64,000 bases of DNA, from the NCBI GenBank assembly GCA_030390025.1, contig CM059432.1, positions 72,728,001 through 72,792,000 of the forward strand. Reading direction: 5' to 3'. A program made the position numbers and the translations under genes. Positions 1-13,500 of this stretch are shown one piece after another (within the stretch, counting starts at the first letter, position 1; each line of letters opens with the position of its first letter). The notes under the pieces are model-generated. The model searched no databases. It worked only from the letters and a program-made list of their open reading frames with translations, and had not been told where the DNA came from. Source of the stretch: Squalus acanthias. Its lineage: Eukaryota.

Positions 1-380
1 TCAGAGGGTGGTAGGTCCATGGAATATGCTGCCACAAAAAGCTGTAGAAGCTACAACATTAATTAAATTTAAAACAGAAATAGACAGTTTCCTAGAAGTA
101 AAGGGCATTAAGGGTTACGGGGAGCGGGCAGGAATTTGGACATGAGTCTAGGTTCGGATCGGTCATGGCCCTGTGGGTAGTGGAGCGGGCCCAGGGACCG
201 TGTAACCTGATTCTGCTCCTATTTCGTGTGTGCAATTCTGTTAGATGCAGGAGATGGTTCTGTGATAGATAGTAGATTGGCGGTTAGGATCAGATCAGCC
301 ATGATCTTATTGAATGGCGGAGCAGGCTCGAGGGGCCGATTGGCCTACTCCTGCTCCTATTTCTTATGTTCTTATGTTCT
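1..380 (+). mobile_element. CR1 3' end fragments
   Basis: QRVV...WN...LPQ-type C-terminus, gatcagccatgatc, tail ttcttatgttcttatg. Confidence 0.8.
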
Positions 381-1869
381 TACCACCATTCTGAGGGGGG
401 GGGGGGGTGGCCTTACCACCATTCTGAGGGGGGGAGGGAGAGAAGGTGTGAGGGTGGAAGCACGGGAATTGGGACAGACTTGGTCGAGGGTCTTGTCTAT
501 AATGGCATGGAATTCTCAGCTGAAGAAAAAGGACATTTTGGAAGCTTTGGTGTGGAAGATGACATCATCAGAACAGATGCAATGGAGATGGAGAAACTGG
601 AGAAAGGAATGGAGCCCTTGCATGAAATGGGGTGAGAAGTATAATCCAGGTGGTTGTAAGAGTCAGTGGACTTGTAATAGATGTCAGTGGAAGGCTCATT
701 GCCAGAGAAGAGACGTCCAGGAAGCAAAATTAATTACATTCTCTAGATCAAGGTGAGAGCCGGAAGCAGAACCAACACATTCATCATGTAATGGAAAAGA
801 GATCAGGGAAAGGGACCTGCTGTACATGATTAAATTGATCTGATGTGTGGCGCACACAGCCCAGTTATATTTTTAAAAATTGATCTACATTTTATTTAAA
901 TCTGCAGTGGTTGGGGAAGGGAAAAGTGGTGGGATGGAGACGAAAAATAAATCTGTGTTTAAGGCTCTTGAGGTGAAAGATGGCTGCTAAATGTATATTG
1001 TAAAATTGTGTACAAAGTATTCAAAAAAGCAGCCTCATTAAATATAGTGTATCGAGTAAAAAAGGAAAAAATTAAGAGACTCACTTCCATGTCGTTGGTT
1101 TAGCCTAGGAATAGTTTATTTTTGAATTGCACTAATGATGTCCTGTGATGCTAAAGAAATGTATTAAATCTGTTATTTTACAATAAATGACACAGACCAT
1201 GGTGGTTTGAAAGTAAGGCAGACTTAAATGATCATTATTGTTATGCTAAATTTCTGGGGCTTGTTTGAATTCAGAATTGATTATTTGATGACATTAAGTC
1301 TGATATTACTGGCACTGTGTATAAAAATTAGAAAACATCATTGTAAAGGTTTGATGCAAATTGTCTGGTGTGGTGCAAGATTTTCCTTTTTTTTTTGAAT
1401 AGGTCTGTTTTGAGATTTTTTCTGTTAAAGGTGCTATATAAATACAAGTTGTTACGGTGACCTGGCAAATTATTAAGGAGGTGGCTTTTTCAGGAAGTGA
1501 TCTTGCCCAAAAGTTTCAAATGAAATAATTCTGTAAATATCTCTACTCTACCTCCCACCATCACCCAAAAGAAAAGCTTAATACAAATTTGATAGCACAA
1601 CCTGATAGTGTGGTGTCATTTTTATTTCCTTTCCTTAATAGTTCTTGCTGTGTCTGGCAAAGTAGCGACTGTTTTGCACCTGGGTGATGTATCAACTGAG
1701 GGTAAGGGTGCAAATGAGCTGTTCTGAGGCTAATAATGTTCCTAATACCTACTAGGTGGTGTGTGACAACTTTCTTGTGTAGAGGCTCAATCTTTATTTA
1801 CATTTAATAATGTAGATATGGAGTATTGCAATATTTGTTACAGTGCATAGTTCCATTCCAACGTATCTG

Positions 1870-3200
1870 AATGCTGCAAGGTCAGCTACTGCCCGTATTT
1901 TTCACATGCCAAGTCCTGCTTGCCCATTATCCCTGTCTTCATTGACCTACTTTGGTTTCTAGTCTCCCAGTGCTTCAATTTAAAGTTCTCATCCTTGTGT
2001 TTAAATTCCTTCATGTCCCTCCCTATCTCTGTAACTTCCTCCAGCCCTACAACTCACCACCTCCTCCCACTGAACTGTTGGTTCCTCTGACTCTGGTCTC
2101 GTGCCTCACTACCTCTTCATTGGTGACTGTGCCTTCAGATGCCTAGGCTGCGCACACTGAAGTTCCCTCCTTAAACTGCTCCACTTCCTGCACCTCCTTT
2201 TAAATCCATCCTTAAAACCCACCTCTGGCCAAGCTGCTGGTCACCCCTTCTAGTATCCTCTTCTTTGGTTTAAGAACATAAGATCAATTTTATGATTACG
2301 TCTCTGTGAAGGGTTGGGGACATTTTTCTATATTAATGGCATTGTATGAGTGCAAGTTGTTATTTCCAGCAGTGCCTCCTGTTCTCTTTCCTGCATTGTC
2401 CCCTCTGATGTCCCTGAAGGATCTTTCCTCTTCATCTATGTGCTGCAGCTCATTGACATCATCAGCAGGCACGAGGTCCGCTTTCGCATGTATTATGATA
2501 TCGGTTTCTACCTCTCTACCACTTCTCTTGATTCCATTGACTGCCCCTGTGCTGTCAGACTGCTTGTCAAATATCACATTCTGGATGAGTCGGAACTTAC
2601 TCCAGTTGAACATTGGGAGACCAAAACCATCATCTTGGCTGATCTGAATCTATCACCCCTCCCCCGCTACCCTGTCAGACTAAATGAGGCTGTTTGTAAT
2701 CTTGGCATCCTGTTTGACCCAGCTTTAAAACCCATATTCAATCCATCACCAGAATGGATTATTTCCACTTCTGCAGTGTTGCATGTCTCTGTGAAACCCC
2801 TGTATATGCTGTTATCCCCTCCAGACTCAAGTATTCTTAATGCTATCTTGCCGGCCTACCATCCTCTGCCCTTCATAAACTACAATTTGCCCAAAACTGT
2901 GCAGCAGGTAACCTATCCCCAATTAAGTCCTGCTCACCCATCATCCCCAGTTTCATTGACCTACACTCTTCCCAACCTATTCAATTCAAAATCCTCGTCC
3001 TCTTCTGTAAGTCTTCTGTATCCCTGCATACACCTTTTTCAATCTCTTTGAACCCTATTATCCCATGTAACATAACCTATTCCTGTGACTGTAGCCTTAG
3101 GTGCTCCATTCCTTCCAAACCTCACCTTGGTTCAACTACTGGCGGTAGAGCTGTCTCAGTCCTGGTCTTTGGAACTCCTTCCTTAAACATCTCTGACTCT
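1870..3200 (+). mobile_element. Two old L2-clade LINE 3' fragments
   Basis: Degenerate 'FKVLILVFK' and 'WMSRNLLQLNIG' segments similar to the younger L2 copies in this window. Confidence 0.65.
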
Positions 3201-3233
3201 GTACCACGCAGTTTATAGTAAAAGTTGTACTAG

Positions 3234-3548
3234 GCAATGTGATAATGACCAGATAATTTGTTTTTGTTATGTGGATTGAGGGTTAAATATTGGCCAGGAC
3301 ATCCGGGATAACTCCCCTGCTGTTCTTCGAAATAGTGCCGTGGGATCTTTTACGTCCACCTGAGAGAGCAGACGGGGCCTCGGTTTAACGTCTCATCCGA
3401 AAGACAGCACCTCCAACAGTGCAGCACTCCCTCAGCACTGCACTGGAGTGTCAGCCTAGATTTTTGTGATCAAGTCTCTGGAGTGGGACTTGAACCCACA
3501 ACCTTCTGACTCTGGCGAGCGTGCTACCCACTGAGCCACAGCTGACAC
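3234..3548 (-). mobile_element. tRNA-derived DeuSINE (SacSINE1-like), 3'-truncated
   Basis: A box tggctcagtgg, B box ggttcaagtcc, core cggatgagacgttaaaccgaggccccgtc. Confidence 0.8.
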
Positions 3549-3605
3549 ACTAATGTACAGGAATCTGGAGAATAAGGAATGATAAATTAGTAGGGGAAAG
3601 ATAAT

Positions 3606-4324
3606 GCCCCGTAATTTCCAATAGGAGACTTCCTGCATGCGGATGCCTCCTATCGGGAAAAAATCTACGCCCTTACCTGAGGGCTCCCGAGGTCCGACCA
3701 TTTCCGATCCTGGGCCTCTCCACGACAAAATGTGCAGGGCACACGTATCCCAGGGGCGCATGTGGTTCGCAAGCGTCCCTGGGATCACGTGGGCCAGGCG
3801 AGCCAATGGGAGAAGGGAATCCCCCTTGCCAAAAGTATGAATGGGGAATCACTGAAAAAAGACATCAAAACATTAAATAAATTTTTTTTAAAACCATCAC
3901 GTTTTTAAAATGAGTTAAAATTACATTAATTAAATATTTTAAACAAAAATGTAATTTTTTGAAAAAATAATTGAAGTTTTTTTTACGGGGCTAAAAATAA
4001 ACTTACCTTTCTTAAAGGTATTTTTAAATTATAAATGAGTGGAAATTTTTTTTTTACTTTTTTAAACTCTTATGCTGGTAAAAGCAGGCCATACTTTTAC
4101 CAGGCGTAAGATTTTAAGTGATTTCAGCAGGCGGAGGTTCTGCAGAAAACGGAACTCTCCACCCGCAGAGGCCCTTCTCCAGGGCAGGCGTCCTTTTTTT
4201 TTGACAGATCAGAAATGCCGGTTTTCAGCGCATGCGCTTTGCATGCCTGAAACCGGCATTTGCGATGTCCCTACGGGTGTGTACACAGCGCGTACACACC
4301 CGTAGGGATCGGAAAATACGGGCC
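3606..4324. mobile_element. Non-autonomous Harbinger-type MITE
   Basis: TIR gccccgtaatttcc / ggcccgtattttcc (12/14), 3-bp TSD AAT, GC-rich arms with an AT-rich core; related to 7739-8463 and 9130-9550. Confidence 0.75.
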
Positions 4325-4512
4325 AATCTCTTGCATAAGAGAACCATCACTACAACATTTCACCATTGAAATAGACAGGTGTCTGTTTCTGCAATATTTT
4401 AAAATATGTATGTGTGTTATGGGGTGATTTGCAGTATTTTAAATCACAAGAATGTACACTGAATAAAATATTCAAACATTTTTTCTCTTAAGGCTTTTAC
4501 ATTTGACCAAAG

Positions 4513-4563
4513 ATGTCACTGTACCCATCCTTAGAAGACCTTAAAGTAGACAAGGTGATCCAG
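4513..4563 (+). CDS. SDCBP: SDCBP first coding exon ([17 protein letters not shown])
   Basis: Acceptor ttttctcttaag ends at 4492, ATG at 4513, donor gtaagt at 4564; contains the LYPxL ALIX-binding motif. Confidence 0.96.
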
Positions 4564-7500
4564 GTAAGTGTAAAAGATAGTACTTCGTACTTGTCAGTTA
4601 AGGTTCAGTTACTGTGCATAATGCAATCGGGAATACATAAGTGCTGGATTTGAGCTTAAATATGAAACACATCTCTAGATTTCTTATAAACTCTAGCTAT
4701 GTAAAGGAAAGAAGGACACCAAGCCAAAATATATTTTAGGAGGGTTGATCATAGGTGGATTTTAAGGAGGAGAGGGAGGTGGGGAAGCAGAGGGTTTAGA
4801 GACTGAATTCCAAAAGCATGGGGCCTGGGAGACTGATGGCACAGCTGGCAATGGTGGGGCGATGAGGGTAGTGCACAAGAGGCCAGAGTGTGAGGAATGG
4901 AGAGATTATAGAAGTGATATTATGATACCCTGGAGGAGGTTACAGAGACCTGTAACACACAAACACTCGTTTTTTAATAGGAGCACTGGTGACTGGTTCC
5001 AGTGATTTCAGTTGTGTCTAGGTTAATACTGTATCATTAATTCGACTCCATTCATAGAAAATTGTCAGTAAACCTGGCTTAATTATTTTTGATCAGTCAT
5101 CAAAGTGAACTAATGTTCCCAGTTGATGTAAGTCTGCATCTTGTTTTTCTAAAAAACTGCAGATGATGGAAATCAAAGAAAAACAGAATATTGGAAATAT
5201 ACAGCAGGTGTCAGTATCTGTAAAGATGAAAGACTGGTTATGACACTTCATTAGAACTTTGCAGATGCTGACTGCTATATAATTCCAGGATTTGTTTTTA
5301 TTTCACATATCTTTAATGACTTGGGTCGTGGAAGATAGAGTGCACAGTGGGGAAATTACCTGAAAGGGAAGAAAATGAGAAGCAGGTGGAGAAATAGAAG
5401 GAAGTAGTAGAAGTATGAAGGTAAAAAGTAAAATATTTTTTTAAAGAAGTGAATGGAAGTAAAGGGAGCACAACCAGTTGCATAGTAAGTTTCCTATATT
5501 CTGTCCTGACCCTCAGCACCAATCTCATACAATAGAGTGTGACATTCAATTTCTTACAGCAGGCATACTTATGGCTTCTCTGAGTGATGTTGCCAGTGGT
5601 AAATTAAGGGTAGTCTTGTGCTGTGGACTCGTGCACACAGCACAACACTATGTGTTGCATTGAGGCTGCTCAAACTCATTTTGCAGAGGACTCCTCATCT
5701 GGTCGACCCAGGTCTCAAAGGTGATAATTTGCTGTGCTGAGCCACCCAGTTTCCCTTACCTAGGACTATAGTAAAGTACAGGCCCAGATAAGAACCTGCA
5801 GTCCATCTGGACCTTCCAATTGTCTTTTCCGTTAAATGTTTCTGGACTGTTTCCAATGTCTCCCTGGGCAGTTTGTTTCACACATTCACTAACCTCTGCA
5901 TAAATTAGTTAAGTCTGGACCTTTCCTTTCTAAGCACGGGCCCATATCCCCTGGCTCTAGAATTTGTAGCATATTCAAACATATTATTGAAGTTAAAATT
6001 ATCTATTCCCGTAAGAATATTGAATAATATCTCTCCTGGGCTTTTTCTTCTCAGTAAACAATGCCAGGCTGTTCAACCTCTCCTTGTAACTCAGATGTCT
6101 TTAGCTAGATATCAGTTTGATTGCCCTTTTCTTCAGTGCCTGGATATCCTTACTGTAGTGTGACTAGAAGTGTAATCGTACCAATATCTTGTACAGACTC
6201 ATCTCTTTCAAATGTTTGTGCTCTATCCTGCCGGTGAAACATTACAGGATTCGGTTAGTGTTTTTTCCTGCTGTTGCACACTGCTGTTAATTTCAGTGAG
6301 CTATCCATTAATATCCCCAGATATTGTCTGTAGCCTAGAGACATTTAGTTTATATTCCCATAGTTTAACTCCTTTTGTAGTCTCATAACCTTGTACTTGT
6401 TTACGTTAAATGCCATTTGCTACTCATGAGCCCAACCTATCCAAATCCATTTGTGTTTACAATAAAACTGGGGAAATAAACTGCAGATGCTGAAAATGAA
6501 ACCATGCTGGGATACGCAACTTTTGAGTGTAACTCTTTGGCAGAGCCAAACCCTGAGCAGGTTGATGAATTTCCATTCACAACTGCTATTTTCTTTCTCT
6601 GGGTTAGCCAATTTTCAATCTGCTCAGAATCTTGCTTATTGTACCATGCCTTCCTATCTTGTGGATTAATTGCTTAGGTGACATGGTATCAAAAGCTTAG
6701 CTAAAATCTAAATATTGTATCCTTTTCTCCGATTTAAGGTGATTGAGCAACTATTTCAAACCGTGTTCACACGCACTGTTTCACCAGGGAATGCAAATGT
6801 GCTATTCTCAGTTGGTAGTCTTGCCTTGGAAGATTGTGTTCAAACCTCACTTCAGCACATAATCTAGTTTAGGTTGACACTTCAGTGCAGTGCACATCTT
6901 TTGGATAAGATGATAAAGTGAGGCCTTGACACAGGTGTAAAACGTCCCCAGAATCTACTTCAAGATGTCCTGACCACCATTCATCACCCCACCCCTCCCC
7001 TGGTTAAGCATGTTTCTTACATTACAACAGTCACTACACTTCAAAAATATTTCATTGGCTGTAAAGCGCTTTGGGACGGAGGGCATGAAAGACACTGTGT
7101 AAATGCAATTTTTATCCTCTTCCCCTTTTCCTTTTTCTTTCTTGTACCCAACAAGAATATTACATTTTTTTTTAAATTGCTTATGGAAATGCCAGTATGT
7201 CAAATGTTCATATTTTTCAGGCTCAATCTTCATATGCGGCAAATGCTGGAATTCCCGCAATTTTGTCTGAAACTGCAACCTCTCTACCGTCAGATGGTGG
7301 TAAGTTACTGGTTTTGTGGGGGAGGGTTAGGAAGAGAGAGGGTTTGTAATGTGGCACTGCTCATAAGTCAGGTGATGCACTGTTTATAAGAACAGGAGCA
7401 TTATGTCATGTGATGTTGTATCCTGCTAAAATGAAACTACATTCTTTTCAGGCCACAAAGTCTAATTGCTGTTAATCTATGAACTTCCTCAGCATTTGCT

Positions 7501-10500
7501 TAATTGCTGTTCATGCTGTAGTCAGAACCCTAGCTTTCAAGTACGACAGGTGAAGTTGGTTAAGAGGCTGCAGAAGTTCTGGGTTTATTTTGTTCCTGAC
7601 TAGGTTCTCTCTACATTCCAAATGACTGCCTTTGCTTTTTTTACTCTTATTTTTTTAATGGTGATGGACAGGATTTGTGTAATAGACACACCACTTTCCT
7701 GCCTGTGACATTAGTCATAGTTAGTCGGAAAATACACTGGCCCAAAAATTAGTGCCTCTACGCGAGAGTACGCACTGTGTACTCTCGCGTATTCTGTCTC
7801 CAATTGCCGGTTTTCTGCATGCACTGCGCATGCGCTGAAAACCGGCACTTGGTGATTTCAAAAGGGGGCGGTTCCTAGGTGAACCGCGTGCGCGCTACAG
7901 GCTGCGCGCACACAGTGCACTTAGTGCTTTGAACGCGCAGGTAAGCATGGAAGATTTTGCACATAAAGAAAGGAGGCGTAAGACCCTCTTTTAACAAGGT
8001 AAGTGGTTAATTAAGTATTATTTTGAATTTTTTTCAACAAGTATATCTTTTTTAGAGACTTTAAAGAAAGGTAAGTTTATTTTTATAACTTTTCAAAAAT
8101 TTAATTTTTTGTTTATAGTGGTTAATTTATTTAACTATACTTATTTTATTAATGTGATGGTTTTTTTTTATAATTTAATTGAGGTTTAGCTGTTCTTTTG
8201 GGGGGGTATAGATTCATAGCTTTCACAGCACTTGATTGTGAAAACTATGAATGAAAGATGGTGTGCTGCCATTGGCTCTAACTGAATCACGTGATCCCAC
8301 AGCTCGCACGAATTAACTGCGCCTGTGGGATATGCAAGCACTGCCCAGCTGCTGTCTAGAACATCAAGTTCGTGCGAGCTGGGAATGAAAAAGCCGGCGC
8401 GCAGTGAGATATCGCGGGGAAGCCTTACCCTCGCACGAAGGCTCCCTCACTAATTTTTGGGCCACTGTTTTAGACAGGAGTCTTCTATTTAATTGACCTG
8501 AGACTCTATATTTACTTAATTAGACTTTGTGGCCTTGGAGACAATTGAACCGTAGCAGCAGAACAGCACATTGTGTACTGTGTGACACAATGCTCCTGTC
8601 CTTGTAAAACAGCATATTTGACTTGAAAGCAATGCCACTGGATCTCCAGGATGTGTGTGCATATGGGGTGGACATAGCTCATGGTATCAGAAGATGCGCT
8701 GTTTTATCCCTTTTAATGTACAATATTTTATAAGGGCCACTGATTTGTGGTGATTGAATAAGCTCAGAGTGAGGTTTTTTTTTTTCAGGCTCTATTTCCA
8801 TGATTGTGTATGTATTTGTGCGTAATGTATTTGAGAGGATTATATAGTGTAATGGAGAATGTATTATGCTAGTATATTTTTGGTGTTTTGAGTATAAAAG
8901 CAATGTTGATTTAAAATAAAGAAATTAATGGGTAATAGAGTAAATGATAGAGAAGTTATATGGAAATTGAATACAGGGATTGGGAGTTATAGATATAGTT
9001 TTTATATATATATTTAAATATAGTTGTGTATAGTTATAGATAATGTGCATGTGTGTGTATATAGTTAGATGTATCTCATAGATAGATAATTTTGATGCAC
9101 ATACACTTTAAATTAGTTTATGCAAATATTGGCCCCGATTAAGATGTTTAAAATTATTTATCAAAAAATTAAATTTTTATTGAGGTTGGTGCAATGAAGG
9201 GATTTATGAATAAAATTGAATTCAGTACATTTATATTTTAGAATTATATAAATTGTGTAATTATTTGGGGATTCCATTGTATATCATTAAGAGATTCACT
9301 TCGTAAATGATGCAATGGAATTCTCCTTTGTCATTGGAGGACCGGGCCCACGTGATCCCAGGGACGCTTCCTAGCCACGGATCCCAGGGACGCCTGCGTC
9401 CCTGGGATCCGTGGACCTTTTCGCTGCCGTATGCCTGGAGGCCCAAGACTGGAAGTCTACACAGCCTGGGCACCTGAAGGTAGGTTCGGAAATGTTTCGT
9501 GAGTCGGAGACATACTCCGGAGGTACGCCTCCGATTGCAATTTCTAGCCCATTATATAACTGCTAGTAATAGGAGAGAAGGCTCTGGTGAAGCTAGATTT
9601 GAGTTCAACTTTGGTATCCTTTCATTTTAAACTATTACCTATATCTCTTGATTTAAAGCTGGTTATTTTTTTACATCTAGACTACATTTTTGTAGAAGAA
9701 ACTGCACTATCTGCAAAACTTTTTTACATTTTTTCACAGGCCTTTATCCCCGCCTGTACCCTGAATTGTCTCAGTATATGGGACTGAGTCTGAATGATGA
9801 AGAGATACAAAAGAACATGGCTGTGGTCGCAGTAGCAGAGGTATGTGATGATACATTTCTTCATCTTTTTAGTATACTGCATGATTGAGAAATTGTATTT
9901 TTCCACTTCCTCGCTAACATGATGGGGCAGTTAAATCTCAACTGGGATACACCGACCAAGTTGAAATCTCCAGATCATGACTGAGAAAAGTGCTATTAAA
10001 ATAATCATCTCTGTATTTTTCCCTACTAATGTATGCATACAACTATTTAGGCAATGGAAAAGATCCAAAATTAAAGTAAGAGGAGGAAAATGTTTTAAAT
10101 ATATATTTTTAAAACATTTTGTAATATATACTTTTATATCTTAACAGCAAGCTGTTGCTAGACCATCTAGTATAAATTACATGGTGGCACCAGTAACTGG
10201 AGCTGATTTGGGCTTTCGGAAAGCTGAAGTCAAACAAGGTATCCGGGAATTAATTCTCTGCAAGGATCAGGATGGAAAGATTGGCATTCGCCTTAAATCG
10301 ATTGACAATGTAAGTGCCACTTACTAGAATTTTGAGCTATTCAAAGGTTTACAATGTTGAGACCATTATAGTAAATAAAATGTACCAGAAGATGCTTCAC
10401 ATTTCTTTATATTGGTAATGTTACTAAGGTGATTACTGAAAAAGGGGTAGCTTTATAAATATTTTGGTATTGCATAACAAGGGAGGGGGGAATGTTCTTA

Positions 10501-13500
10501 CTTTAGGAAAGCTGGGTCAACTGTTTCAAGACTCTTTCTTTTTGGAATTTAAAAGTGTGTTTTTTTCCCAGAAATTATATACTACAAAGTTTAATCAGCT
10601 AGTATTAATAACCCACCCAGCGCAAAGTCTTTGCATACATTGTCTTGTACAAAATGTGCCTCAGACAACAAAATACTGATTTTGAGGGCTGCTGCCAATG
10701 GGACTGAAGAAATGCTGACTGGCATGTTTGTAGTTAGCTCATACTATTGCAAGTTTGCCCTTTATCAGCCAATCACAGTGCACTATTCACTGAGGTCATG
10801 GAGAAGGCTGTAGCCCAGACTCTCTTCTCTCGCCCTCCCTCCCACCCAACAAGCTGAGGAAACTGCCTGGATGTAAACAATGCGAATTGGGAAATGAACT
10901 GGATCAGCACCAGTCCACTAAAAAAACTGTTAGTATCTATCGATACCAATATTTGTAGCTGGACCAACTAATCAATCCATATGCTTGACTCTGCAAGCCT
11001 CATTTTCTCTCTTTTTTCCTTCTCTGCCTTTGTTTAATGTAAATGATATTTTGTTCTGTCATTACTTTTTTCCACCTTGTAATTCCCAAAACTTAAATCC
11101 TACCTGTGAGTGCTGCTAAGCCAACATGGGACCCATGCATTCCATGTACACAAGTTGGCAGCATTAATCAATGTGTATAATTCTGTGGATGTAGGGCATT
11201 CTGGGATGACTGGTACCAAAAACTTCTCAGGTTACAAAAATGTTGGTTTGTGAGGCCTGCCACTGATGAGCTGACAGGCCCTAAGAAACGCTGATTGTCA
11301 GTGTGAAACGCTGATGATTGGCATGTTTGTAGATATTTTCATGGATTTTTAGTTAAATCCCTATGGTCCTCCCCTAGGAATCATTGGTGCTGGCAGCGCA
11401 ATTAATTGTGTGCAGTGTAGTAAATTCAGATTCTAGTTGTGCAAAGATCAAACCTTTACCATCATCAGTTCACCCATGCTGTAAAACACACAAGAGTTCA
11501 AGACATTTCTTCTGCTTCCAAAGCATGGCTGCACTTATAAATGTTCACCATTATGCGCAGTAGTAGAATTTTGACCATCTATCAAAGTATCCAATGCTCT
11601 TTAAGACATAACTCACTTTAAATGTAACATTTATTTTCAGAAATTATATACTTCCTAGTTTAATCAGCTAATTCTGCAACTTGTTTTTGATTGCCTTTGT
11701 GGATCAGAGAGAAATTTCCCCGAATTCCTTTTCCCGTAATTGGCCATGGGTGTTTTTGCTTTTCCTTCTCTGAGCAGATTACGTGGCTGATGGGTGGGGA
11801 GTAATGGGGGTTGTGTTGCCTAGTTGCAACACAGTTGAAAGGGACAGTCTTGATGGATCAACTACTCTTTTTCTGCCTGCCTTTTCCATATGTTTGTAAT
11901 ATAATCATTTTGATTGACATTGGCACAGTGGTAGCGCTGTCATCTGATTCAGAAGGTCATGAGTTTAACCCCCACTCCAGCACTTTAGCACATGATCTAA
12001 GCTGGCACTCCCAACATTGGAGCCCTTCCTCAGTACTGCATAGGCGGTGCTGTCTTTTGGATTAGACATAAGCAAAATTGTATCTACCTGTTCAGATGGA
12101 CGTAAAAGATCCCATGAAAGTATTTGAAGAAGACATGGGGAGTTCTTTTGATATCATGGCCAACATTTATCTCTCAATCAACACCACTTAAATGACCAGA
12201 TAATTTTTTAAAATCTCATTGCTATTTGTGGGACCTTGTGCACAAATTAGCTGCCATGTCTGCCTGCAGAAGCGACTGTTCCAAAAGTAATTCATTGATT
12301 GTAAACTTCTTTGGGGTGAACTGAGGATGTGCAAAGTGCTTTTTAAATGCAAGCTTGCTCTTTCTTCCTTCTCGCTCAAAGCAGCATTTCTAAGATTTCA
12401 AACTTGATTGTTCCTGTGAGGACTTTATCATTTTGATCACAGTAAAATGCATACATGCCAACCGTCAGCATGTGATTGCTGTTCTGGGTGACCAGGGAAA
12501 TGCCAATTGTATCCCAGTCATCCTGAAAGCAATCTGGAATCTGATGGATATCAGTGGCTCATTAAGTGCTTCTTCAGGCTGTTGTCACATGCATATATGA
12601 TGGATTTGGAAGCTTGCTGAATAATCTGAAGGAAATGGCTGTATCTTGCTCTTGTGAGGAATGTCTAGGTCAGGCTGTGGGTTTATACAGGATCATAGTG
12701 TGTCATAAGATTAGGGGAAACTCAGTTTCATTGTTGGGCAAGGCTTTTAATTTCATACCACTGGAGAAGCTGGAAGCTATGGAAATACATGGCCAGTTAG
12801 AGGGATGACTTGCTGAACCTATCTCTCGAGGAATAAGGCAAGATTGTCCACTGCCACCTTATCCTGTTCAGCGCCTTCATCCGTAACGTGTTCGATGGCA
12901 TAGTAAGGATGCTTATTCTGAGCACTTCCCAAGAATGCTGCTTTTGACTGACATTGGCCGGAATTTGCGGTCAGTGGCGAAGCGACGGCGATCATTGCTG
13001 ACTCAAAGAAAGCTGCCCACAAAGATCTAGCGATCTCTGTGGCATCGATTTCAGCTCTCCCGACGTTTGAATCTGGAGCCCAATCAAGCAAATCCTAAGC
13101 ATCCAGCAACAGTGATGTCATCAAGCTGGATAAGCAGCCAGTCACATTGAAGAATTCTCAGACAGCAAACCAGGAAGTAAAATGCACAAATTATAATTTA
13201 CTTTCAATACATTTTAGAGAGTGAAATAAAGATTGGGGCATACACATAGGATTAAGGTAGAAGCTGAAATATCATAAACAAACTTAAAAAAAATATTATA
13301 TTAAAAACTTGTAATTTGTAATCATATTAATGGAAAAATTTAACATTCCACAAATATAAAAGTAGTTTTTCAGGGCCAGAACAGTTGTTCAGCAGTCAGT
13401 ATGCCGTAAAAACCCAGTTACACCTCTTTCCACAAGGTTTAACGTTTTAGGCGGTTTTTAACAGCGATATGCCATTGCAACGGGGGGAGTTTTCGCCAGT

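Noticed and set aside
378..437. Duplicated cttaccaccattctgaggggg unit with poly-G
   Set aside because: Two-copy local duplication at a CR1 tail junction; most simply slippage or an assembly artefact
226..3051. ORFs 226..756 and 2350..3051, and the many 60-130 aa ORFs across the track
   Set aside because: They are chance or antisense frames over LINE/SINE fragments, mostly with non-ATG starts and no splice or domain support
3470..3548. tRNA genes (also 26400-26480, 45490-45557, 15840-15918)
   Set aside because: A/B boxes run directly into SINE bodies; these are SINE heads, not stand-alone tRNAs
1..4492. SDCBP promoter / non-coding first exon
   Set aside because: No CpG island outside the MITE and SINE; it probably lies upstream of the window
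8569..8592. Hairpin cattgtgt...acacaatg as a miRNA or structured RNA
   Set aside because: An 8-bp stem is too short for a pre-miRNA and has no other support
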